Of a stretch of DNA of 64,000 bases, positions 56,713-64,000 are shown in pieces (the stretch's first letter is position 1; each line of letters begins with the position of its first letter). The notes beneath the pieces were generated by a model, which was given only the letters and a program-made list of their open reading frames with translations, had not been told where the DNA came from and searched no databases. The stretch is taken from NCBI GenBank assembly GCA_913043225.1, contig CAJWLU010000015.1, positions 1 through 64,000 on the forward strand. The letters are read 5' to 3'. This DNA comes from an uncultured Acidobacteriota bacterium. Lineage in GTDB: Bacteria > Acidobacteriota > Vicinamibacteria > Vicinamibacterales > UBA8438. Made by a program: the position numbers and the translations under genes.

Positions 56713-57243
56713 GGTGCCTCTCTACTCTGGTTTGCTTGAAGGGCTGTAGCGCGTGATTTTCGGGATCGACGTCCGAGGCGCCAGGGTGTCCCAGCGCATC
56801 GAATACCACCAGACCGGGGTCACCATAGCCATCGCGGATCTCAGTCATGGCTTAGCGTTCGGTGCTGCTAACCAGGAGGGGATGCACGACCATGGAGCTC
56901 TCGTCGAGTATGCCGACATGCGGATCGCCAACGGCGGTGTAGACGGGCGCGACAGTTGCCTGGAGGGTGCGAATTCGCTCGGCGGAGCCGTGGCGGGCCA
57001 GTTTCCCCCTTGGCTTCAGCTGAAGCCTGGAGCGTCCCCAGTCGCAGGAACACGGCGAAGGCGTGCAAACCTCGCACCCGTGGGCTCCTCATCAGAGGCA
57101 TCATACTCTCGGGTGGCGGCGGAGACGGCCTCACCAGAGGCTATAATCATCATCCGTCTCGCGGAAGTATTAGCCGCCCCAGTACGAGCCGGACGTGTAT
57201 CCGCCTAACCAGTCGGCGGTGGGGTTGCGGCAAGGAGAGCAGG

Positions 57244-57729
57244 ATGCGAACGAGAGTGGTCTGTGTCGTGTTGACCGCGGTCATCGCCGTCGGATGCGGC
57301 GGGACGGAGGCGCCTGCTGGGCCGCCGTTCAGCACGGATCGGAGCGTGCAGATGTTGATGGCCAACATGCTGGACCCGGCGGCGGATCTGCTTTGGGACG
57401 CCGTCGGTACCGTCGTCGACGAGAACGGTGAGAACCACTGGCAGCCGGAGACCGAGGAGGACTGGTTGCAGGTCCGGCTCGGAGCGATTGCGCTCGCTGA
57501 GGCTGCGAACCTGCTCATCATGGAGGGGCGCGCCCGGGATCAAGGCCAGTGGGTCGAGCTATCCCAGGCCATGGCCGACGCCGCGATGGAGGCTTTTGCC
57601 GCCGCCGAGGCGGAGGACCCACAGCTGGTCTTCGATCTTGGTGAGTCCGTTTATGAGACCTGCAACAACTGTCACAGCGTCTACTGGGTGGATGACGCTG
57701 ACCGGGGTCGCGCCATCGGCAGCGACTAA
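57244..57729 (+). CDS. Cytochrome c'-like lipoprotein
   Basis: SD AAGGAG; AVGC lipobox; helical body with C-terminal CNNCH. Confidence 0.75.
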   Translation: MRTRVVCVVLTAVIAVGCGGTEAPAGPPFSTDRSVQMLMANMLDPAADLLWDAVGTVVDENGENHWQPETEEDWLQVRLGAIALAEAANLLIMEGRARDQGQWVELSQAMADAAMEAFAAAEAEDPQLVFDLGESVYETCNNCHSVYWVDDADRGRAIGSD

Positions 57730-58034
57730 CGGCCCGGCCGGTTACGGGGTCTTTCGCATCCTTTGCTAAGCCAAGCCCTCGGTTTGTCGGCACTGCCGGG
57801 CGTGACGGTCTGCGCCGCCGACATGCGGCCCGGTTGGTGGGATGTGGTACTGACCGCGCTGGCGCTCTCCACGATCGCCGTCTGGCGGCCGACGAAACCG
57901 TTGGTCGCTGGGTTGACTGTTACGGCCACCCACCGTTCGCTACTGGCTTGTAACAACGAGGATCTCATCGCCGGGCGGAGGGACCATGCCAGCAGCGGGT
58001 GGTCCCACAGTGCGTCGGTGGTGGTGGACTGACC

Positions 58035-59579
58035 GTGGCCAGCCCTGGCTCGATCTGGCGTCGCGCGCTCATCTTCTGTCACCGTTGGCTTGGTATCGTC
58101 GGGAGCCTACTCCTTCTTACCTGGTTCGTCTCGGGCATCGTCCTGGTATATGCCGGGATGCCGGCTCTCGATCCGGCGGATCGACTGGCGCGGTTGTCGC
58201 CGCTCGATCTCAGCACCGCCACGGTGGGTGTCGGCGAGGTCGCCGTCACGGTCGGGTTCACGCCGCGTCGCATTCTGGTCGGGATGCTGGGCGAGCGACC
58301 CGTGTATCGCTTGGCGGGATCGGGCGGCTGGACCACCGTCTTTGCCGATACCGGTGAACAGCTGGACGGTTTGAGCCGAGAGGGAGCGCTGGGGGTGGCA
58401 CGGCAGTTCGCGCCCGAGCACGCCGACACGGCTACCTACGACCGTCGTATGGTCGAGCCCGACCAGTGGACGTTGCAGAGCCTGGCGTTCTTCCCGCTCC
58501 ACCGGATCACTCTGAACGATCCAGCCGGGACCGTACTGTATGTGTCTGAGCCGACGGCCGAGCCGGTGATGCGGACCACCAGCGCGGCTCGCCGCTGGGC
58601 CTACGCCGGCGCGGTGCTGCACTGGTTGTACTTCACACCGCTCCGGGCGAACGTGGGGCTCTGGAGCAACGTTGTCATCTGGCTCTCGATCTTCGGGTGT
58701 CTTCTCTGTCTGTCGGGAGTGGTGATCGGTTTACTGACTCTGGGAACGCGCGGGCACCGCTTCGCTAGTCCGTACTCCGGTCTGATGCGCTGGCATCACT
58801 ATGCCGGTCTCGTGTTTGGTCTGGTTACCTTCACCTGGACCTTCAGCGGTGCGCTGTCGATGGAGCCCTGGAGCTGGCATCCAGGCACCGAGCCGCGGCG
58901 GAGTCAGGCCGAGGTCGTCGCGGGGGGGCTCCCCCGGCTCGGTGTGCTGACACCGCCCCACCTGCGGGCAGGCCTCGAGGTGTTAGCGGACGGCTTTCGT
59001 GCTCGTGAGATCGACGTGCTTCACTTTTTGGGGGTGCCCTACGGACTGGCGCTCGACCCGACGCCGCTCGGCGAGATGTCCGGCCTGCCGAACACCCTCG
59101 CGCCGCTCGGGCAACATGGGCCCCGTCAGCGGTTGGTGGCGTTGGATGGGCGCGCGCCGGCCGCGTTCGAACGTTTCGAGGCCGACGCCTTCTCGGCGCT
59201 CCCCGAGGCGGTCATGCCCGGGGTGCGTGTCCTTGACCAGACCTGGCTACGGACCTACGACAACTACTACTACGATCGCGGTGGGCGGCGGCGGTTACCC
59301 GTCCTGCGGGTGCGCTACGACGATCCCCAGCAGACCTGGCTTTACTTCGACCCGTATCGAGGATCGATTGTAAGGAAAGAAGAGCGCTCGACCCGGATCA
59401 ATCGCTGGCTCTACCACGGTCTGCACAGCCTGGACTTCCCGTTCCTTTATGGCCACCGGCCGCTCTGGGACATTGTGGTTGTCGTGCTGAGCCTCGGCGG
59501 CATCGCGGTGAGCGTCACCCCGATCCGGCAAGGGTGGCGGCGGGTCCTGAGGCACGCGGTTCGATTGGTCGGGCGATGA
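58035..59579 (+). CDS. PepSY-associated TM protein
   Basis: HRWLG...WFVSG, LHWLYF, RWHHYAGL...WTFSG, WLYHGLHSLDF. Confidence 0.85.
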   Translation: MASPGSIWRRALIFCHRWLGIVGSLLLLTWFVSGIVLVYAGMPALDPADRLARLSPLDLSTATVGVGEVAVTVGFTPRRILVGMLGERPVYRLAGSGGWTTVFADTGEQLDGLSREGALGVARQFAPEHADTATYDRRMVEPDQWTLQSLAFFPLHRITLNDPAGTVLYVSEPTAEPVMRTTSAARRWAYAGAVLHWLYFTPLRANVGLWSNVVIWLSIFGCLLCLSGVVIGLLTLGTRGHRFASPYSGLMRWHHYAGLVFGLVTFTWTFSGALSMEPWSWHPGTEPRRSQAEVVAGGLPRLGVLTPPHLRAGLEVLADGFRAREIDVLHFLGVPYGLALDPTPLGEMSGLPNTLAPLGQHGPRQRLVALDGRAPAAFERFEADAFSALPEAVMPGVRVLDQTWLRTYDNYYYDRGGRRRLPVLRVRYDDPQQTWLYFDPYRGSIVRKEERSTRINRWLYHGLHSLDFPFLYGHRPLWDIVVVVLSLGGIAVSVTPIRQGWRRVLRHAVRLVGR

Positions 59580-59603
59580 CGCGGCGTTCGAACAGGCTCT
59601 TCC

Positions 59604-59632
59604 TTGACCAGTGCGAGCCGGCGAGGTAGACT
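59604..59632 (+). promoter_or_regulatory. Putative sigma70 promoter for the DUF6644 operon
   Basis: TTGACC-N17-TAGACT. Confidence 0.6.
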
Positions 59633-59771
59633 CCGCGTCACCGTTTCGAACGGTGCACCCCGGCCAGTGAGTCCTTGGGCTCTCCCGGGTGATGTATGCC
59701 GGTGGGCGGTTTCGGTTCAGCTGGCCACGTAGGCTGAACCCGCTTGGGTTGACTAGGGAGAAAGCTAGCGG

Positions 59772-60299
59772 ATGCTACGGGAGTTGTTTGAGTGGGTCGA
59801 GGCGTTTCCCAGCAGTTTGTCGCTGCGCGAGTCGCTCAACGGTTACGTCTACTGCTTGACGGCCCACGTCGCCAGCATGGGGCTGGTGGCCGGTCTCATT
59901 GGCTTCTGGGATATGCGGCTGGCTGGGCTGGCGCTACGCGGAATCCGGGTCACGAAGGTGCAGTCTGGCCTGTTTCCCTTGATGTTCGTGGGACTGGGAA
60001 TCAACGCCATTACCGGAATCCTGATGGTGTACGCGCAGCCGATGCGCTACTATCCTAACTTCTGGTTTTGGATGAAGATGGGGATGTTGGTGGTTGTGGC
60101 CGTGAATGCAGCCTACTTCCACATGAATATCGAGAAGAGCGTCGACAAGTGGGACAGCGATCCGATCGCACCGCTCCAGGCTCGTGTGGCGGGTTACGTG
60201 TCGCTCGCCTTCTGGTTCGGGATCATCGCCACCGGTCGCATGGTCGCCTACAGCGGGTTAGTCCCGCAGTGGTGGCTCGACCTGGGGCTGGGGTCGTAG
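59772..60299 (+). CDS. DUF6644-like 4-TM membrane protein
   Basis: LRES..Y...TAHV, DMRLAG, ITG, Y.N..FWMKM, S..W......GR. Confidence 0.75.
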   Translation: MLRELFEWVEAFPSSLSLRESLNGYVYCLTAHVASMGLVAGLIGFWDMRLAGLALRGIRVTKVQSGLFPLMFVGLGINAITGILMVYAQPMRYYPNFWFWMKMGMLVVVAVNAAYFHMNIEKSVDKWDSDPIAPLQARVAGYVSLAFWFGIIATGRMVAYSGLVPQWWLDLGLGS

Positions 60300-60303
60300 T
60301 CTG

Positions 60304-60780
60304 ATGTTGCAACCGTTCTTCGAGTGGATGCAGGGGCTCAGATTTAGTGCCTTCTTCCTGGAGTCTGTCTGGCCCACCCCGATCGTTCAGGTGATCCATC
60401 TGAGCACCGTTGCACTCTTCATCGGCTCGGTGCTAGTCGTGGATCTTCGGCTGCTGGGGCGAGGGCTGATTGACCAATCAATTTCGGAGCTCACCAGGAA
60501 GGTGCAGCCGTTCCTGCTCTGGAGCTTTGTGGTGCTCGTGCTCACCGGTATCCCCCAGATGTCGTCCACGGCGCTGAAGCAGTACTACAGCCCGTTCTTC
60601 TGGTGGAAGATGGGGATGGTGTTCTTCGGACTGATCGTCACGTTCGGGGTGCGCCGATACATTGCGTCGAAGGAGGAAGGGTACTTCGGTCTTGTGTGGC
60701 CGAAAGTGATTGGTCTGACGTCGATAGCGCTCTGGACGAGTGTGACCATCGGCGCCCGGCTGATCGGATTGTTGTCATAG
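60304..60780 (+). CDS. DUF6644-like 4-TM membrane protein (tandem paralog)
   Basis: QVIHL, DLRLLG, LTG, YY...FWWKM, SIALW...GARLIG. Confidence 0.75.
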   Translation: MLQPFFEWMQGLRFSAFFLESVWPTPIVQVIHLSTVALFIGSVLVVDLRLLGRGLIDQSISELTRKVQPFLLWSFVVLVLTGIPQMSSTALKQYYSPFFWWKMGMVFFGLIVTFGVRRYIASKEEGYFGLVWPKVIGLTSIALWTSVTIGARLIGLLS

Positions 60781-60872
60781 GAGCAAGGTGACGTCGGTGG
60801 TCCGGGCCGTTTCGCTGTGAGACGGGCGGGCCAGTTAAGGACACGCGCGTGGCGTGAGGGAGACATAGCACA

Positions 60873-61763
60873 ATGCGAAATCGGCTCAAGACCACGATGA
60901 TTGCTGGCGCGACGGCGGCCGTGCTGGCCGTCGGCTTCACGCTGGCGCCCCAGACAGTGGAGGGGCAGGATGGCTATCGCGCCCCCCGCACCGCCGATGG
61001 CCAGCCTGACCTGAACGGGATCTGGCAGGCACTCGGCGCCCAACACTACGATATCGAACCGCATGCCGCGCGCTTCGGTCCCGTGGTGGAGATGGCGGCC
61101 CACGGGGCGATCCCCGCCGGGCTCGGCATCGTCGAGGGCGGCGAGATTCCGTATCGTCCGGAAGCTCGGGCCCAGCAGCAGGAGAACCTCAATTTCTGGC
61201 TGGAGCGTGACCCGGCCACCAAGTGCTACATGCCCGGGATTCCGCGGGCGAACTACATGCCCTATCCGTTCCAGTTGGTGCAGACGCCCGAGTACGTGCT
61301 CTTCGCGTACGAGTTCGCGAGCGCGAGCCGGATCGTCTACATGGACCGCCCCGACTTCGAGGCGCCGGTCGATTCCTGGATGGGTCACAATATCGGTCGA
61401 TGGGAGGGTGAAAGCCTGGTCATCGACGTGACTGCCCAGATGCCGGACACCTGGTTCGATATGTCAGGCAACCACCACAGCGTGAACATGGCTGTGGAGG
61501 AGCGCTGGACTGCTCTCAGCGAAAACCACCTGATGTATGAGGCGACCATCACCGACGATGAGATCTTCACGCGGCCTTGGACGATCCGGATGCCGATGTA
61601 TCGCCGCATCGACGAGAACATGCAGCTGCTCGAGTACAAGTGCGTCGAGTTCGCCGAGGAGCTGATGTACGGCCATCTGCGGAAGGATCCGGACCTGACC
61701 CCCGTCTTCCGGGCCAGCGGATATGGCTCCGATCGCGAGATCGTGCTCGAGCCGCCGCAGTAG
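60873..61763 (+). CDS. Exported conserved hypothetical protein ('PDLNGIW' family, paralog of 15753)
   Basis: PRTADGQPDLNGIWQ, DPATKC.MPG.PR, WMG...GRWEG.SLV, LLEYKC. Confidence 0.78.
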   Translation: MRNRLKTTMIAGATAAVLAVGFTLAPQTVEGQDGYRAPRTADGQPDLNGIWQALGAQHYDIEPHAARFGPVVEMAAHGAIPAGLGIVEGGEIPYRPEARAQQQENLNFWLERDPATKCYMPGIPRANYMPYPFQLVQTPEYVLFAYEFASASRIVYMDRPDFEAPVDSWMGHNIGRWEGESLVIDVTAQMPDTWFDMSGNHHSVNMAVEERWTALSENHLMYEATITDDEIFTRPWTIRMPMYRRIDENMQLLEYKCVEFAEELMYGHLRKDPDLTPVFRASGYGSDREIVLEPPQ

Positions 61764-61780
61764 TTGTAGTAGTCAGTTTG

Positions 61781-61817
61781 CACCGGGCCATGGTACCCAT
61801 ACTGCCGTGGCCCGGTG
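61781..61817 (+). other. 15-bp hairpin after 61763, abutting the next -35
   Basis: CACCGGGCCATGGTA / TGCCGTGGCCCGGTG (two G-U pairs). Confidence 0.55.
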
Positions 61818-61846
61818 TTGACGAATCCACCGCAATGGGTGATAAT
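61818..61846 (+). promoter_or_regulatory. Putative sigma70 promoter for the DUF6152 gene
   Basis: TTGACG-N17-GATAAT. Confidence 0.55.
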
Positions 61847-61884
61847 GCTGGAAAAGTTTGCTCACACCGAGGAGGCATAGCCGA

Positions 61885-62301
61885 ATGCGAAGAAATATAG
61901 CCGTTGTCGTGGCCGGAGTTGTCATGGCGCTGGCCACTGTACCGGTGGTCGCGCATCATGCATTTTCGGCAGAGTTCGATGCCAATCGCCCCATCCACCT
62001 TGAAGGCACCGTGGTGAAGATGGAGTGGATCAACCCCCACGCTTGGGTGCATCTGGAGCTTGAAGATGGGACCGTGTGGATGGTCGAGGGCGGCACGCCC
62101 AACACCCTTCTGCGCCGCGGTTTCACCAAGAACTCGCTGCTGCCAGGCACTAAGATCATCGTCGACGGTTACCAGGCGAAGGACGGGTCGGAAAAGGGTA
62201 ATGGCCGTGACCTGACCTTCGAAGATGGTCGGAAACTGTTCATGGGGTCATCCGGCACCGGCGCGCCGAGAGACGGTCGCGACGCCACCGAGCCGAATTA
62301 A
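61885..62301 (+). CDS. DUF6152-like exported protein
   Basis: SD GAGGAGG; signal VVA|HHAFSAEFD, G.V..EW.NPHAW, W.VEG..PN.L.RRG. Confidence 0.8.
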   Translation: MRRNIAVVVAGVVMALATVPVVAHHAFSAEFDANRPIHLEGTVVKMEWINPHAWVHLELEDGTVWMVEGGTPNTLLRRGFTKNSLLPGTKIIVDGYQAKDGSEKGNGRDLTFEDGRKLFMGSSGTGAPRDGRDATEPN

Positions 62302-62323
62302 GCCCCGCTCGGCGTAACGTATC

Positions 62324-62363
62324 GAAGAGCCCGGATGCATCTGCGTCCGGGCTTTTCTTTTTT
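62324..62363 (+). terminator. Intrinsic terminator
   Basis: GAAGAGCCCGGATGC-ATCT-GCGTCCGGGCTTTTC-TTTTTT. Confidence 0.88.
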
Positions 62364-62499
62364 GGAGCGACCTTCCACCTGACTGGCCAGGCAGGTGACC
62401 GGTCGGGGAGCTCTGAGACGTTTCGAGGTATGCACGCAGCCCTCAGCGCCCCGTTGCAGGGCCGCGCCTGCCGTGTCAGAGTCTTGGGGGAGATTCAGA

Positions 62500-63996
62500 A
62501 TGGCATTAAAGACGCCTGCGGAGTACGTCGACAGCTTGCGCGATCTAAGCATCCGTGCCTACGTGAACGGAGAGCGGATCGAGAGCGTCGCCGATCACCC
62601 GTCCATCGCGCCGCACATCAACACCGTGGCGAAGACCTACGAGCTGGCCCATGACCCGGAGCACCGGGACGTGATGACCGCAGAGAGTCACCTCACGGGT
62701 GAGCGCATCCATAGGTATACCCACATCTTCCACAGTGCCGACGATCTCGTGAAGAAGATCCAGATGCTGCGGCTGCTGGGGCAGGTCACGGGCACCTGCT
62801 TTCAGCGGTGTGTCGGTCTCGATGCCCTCAATGCGCTCTACGCCATCACCTACGAGATCGATGAGAAGGAGGGCACTACCTACCACCGGCGCTTCTGCGA
62901 TTATCTGACCGGCGTGCAGCGCGCCGACCTGATGCTGGCCGGCGCCATGACCGATCCCAAGGGGCACCGGGCCAAGCGGCCTAGCCAGCAGGATGATCCA
63001 GACCAGTTCGTTCGGGTGGTCGAACGTCGGGACGACGGGGTGGTTATCCGGGGAGCGAAGCTGCATAACACCGGAGGCATCAACTCCCACGAGGTTCTTG
63101 TCATGCCGGGCACTGGGCTATCGGACGAAGAGTCCGACTATGCCGTGGCGTGCGCGGTGCCGGCCAATGCCGACGGCGTGCTCTTCATCTTCGGTCGGCA
63201 GTCGAACGACAACCGGAAGCTGGAGGGGGGCTGTGACATCGGCAACCCCCGGTTCGGGGTGGTGGGCGGCGAAGCCATGGTGGTATTTGACGACGTGTTC
63301 GTGCCGAACGAGCGCGTGTTTATGAACGGCGAGGCCAAGTACGCCGGCACCATGGTGAATTACTTCGCCACGTGGCACCGTGCCAACTATGGCGGGTGCA
63401 AGGGAGGCAACGCCGACGTCCTGATCGGCGCGACCGCCAAGATGACCAAGGTGTTGGGCACCGAACGGAACTCGGTGGTGCGCGACAAGCTGACCGAGAT
63501 GATCCACATGAACGAGACCACCTATGCCTCGGCCATTGGGGCCAGCGCCATGGGTTACGCACTACCTTGCGGCGCCTACATGGTCGACCCGATGATGGCC
63601 AATACTGTGAAGCAGAACATCACCCGGAACGTCTACCAGATCGGCCGATTGAGTCACGACCTTGCGGGCGGGTTCCTCGCCACCATGCCAGGCGAGCAGT
63701 CGTTTGATAATCCCGAGATTGCGCGATTCGTTGAGAAGTATCATCAGGCCAATCCGGAGTACCAGACCCGCGAGCGGGTTAAGCTCGGGCGGTACATCGA
63801 GAATATGACCAGCGTGACCACGATGGTCGAAGCGATGCATGGCGCGGGTTCACCACAGGCCCAGCGGATTGTCATGCTGGGGCAGGCGGATATCGACAAG
63901 AAGATCGAGATGGCTGAGCAGGTCATCGACGGCGACGACGATGTGAATGGGCTTCCCTTGCCAGGAAAGCGCCAGCCAGCGGAGGTGGAGGGATAG
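62500..63996 (+). CDS. abfD: 4-hydroxybutyryl-CoA dehydratase-like (HpaB/AbfD family, FAD and [4Fe-4S])
   Basis: TGTCFQRCVG and HR.NYGGCK retain the 3Cys+His cluster ligands; AMTDPKG, GAK.H.TG, MHGAGSPQAQR. Confidence 0.82.
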   Translation: MALKTPAEYVDSLRDLSIRAYVNGERIESVADHPSIAPHINTVAKTYELAHDPEHRDVMTAESHLTGERIHRYTHIFHSADDLVKKIQMLRLLGQVTGTCFQRCVGLDALNALYAITYEIDEKEGTTYHRRFCDYLTGVQRADLMLAGAMTDPKGHRAKRPSQQDDPDQFVRVVERRDDGVVIRGAKLHNTGGINSHEVLVMPGTGLSDEESDYAVACAVPANADGVLFIFGRQSNDNRKLEGGCDIGNPRFGVVGGEAMVVFDDVFVPNERVFMNGEAKYAGTMVNYFATWHRANYGGCKGGNADVLIGATAKMTKVLGTERNSVVRDKLTEMIHMNETTYASAIGASAMGYALPCGAYMVDPMMANTVKQNITRNVYQIGRLSHDLAGGFLATMPGEQSFDNPEIARFVEKYHQANPEYQTRERVKLGRYIENMTSVTTMVEAMHGAGSPQAQRIVMLGQADIDKKIEMAEQVIDGDDDVNGLPLPGKRQPAEVEG

Positions 63997-64000
63997 ACGG

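Noticed and set aside
57763..58032. 89-aa ORF between the cyt c' and PepSY-TM genes
   Set aside because: No clear SD or motif; possibly a remnant but not supportable.
62378..62475. ZTP riboswitch-like words (GACTGGC...GGGGAGC) upstream of abfD
   Set aside because: No proper P1/P2 pairing or 3' CGCCUGGG pseudoknot hairpin; the downstream gene does not fit.
1..64000. Many long antisense or alternate-frame ORFs in the track
   Set aside because: Expected shadows in high-GC DNA; Arg/Pro/Ala-rich, motif-free and overlapping well-supported genes.
1..64000. tRNA, rRNA, CRISPR, IS, prophage or defence island
   Set aside because: No cloverleaf, spaced repeats, transposase/integrase or phage genes seen; the lone NYN-LOTUS gene is a common stand-alone family.

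Overview
GC-rich, gene-dense bacterial chromosome segment with about 58 CDS. No rRNA, tRNA, CRISPR array, integrase or intact transposase was seen. The gene content (DUF5916, DUF1592/DUF1552-ankyrin, DUF6152/DUF6644, many exported PQQ/NHL propellers, lpxD) suggests a diderm heterotroph, probably Acidobacteriota (Vicinamibacterales-like); this is inference. Housekeeping genes are lpxD, monomeric icd, yajQ, a 1-Cys Prx, NhaC, a desaturase and an AbfD-like dehydratase; the rest is mostly a large exported or periplasmic proteome. Strongest observations: (1) about 20 of 22 predicted signal-peptidase-I substrates have Gln at +1, and a membrane-anchored type I glutaminyl cyclase is encoded in the window, pointing to a Bacteroidetes-like Q-rule. 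(2) A DsbA/FrnE-family selenoprotein (U-P-W-C, in-frame TGA plus SECIS-like hairpin) is truncated in the ORF track. (3) A PepSY-TM / 2x DUF6644 / beta-rich exported protein / DUF6152 (N-terminal His-His) cluster has a structured leader and may be a CopC/CopD-like metal system. (4) A heme c-copper monooxygenase-like fusion sits in a run of exported catabolic genes. (5) A desaturase lies next to an intramembrane-type kinase and OmpR regulator, with an upstream TGTWAH-N5-TGTWAH box. All family calls are by-eye motif recognition; no searches were run.
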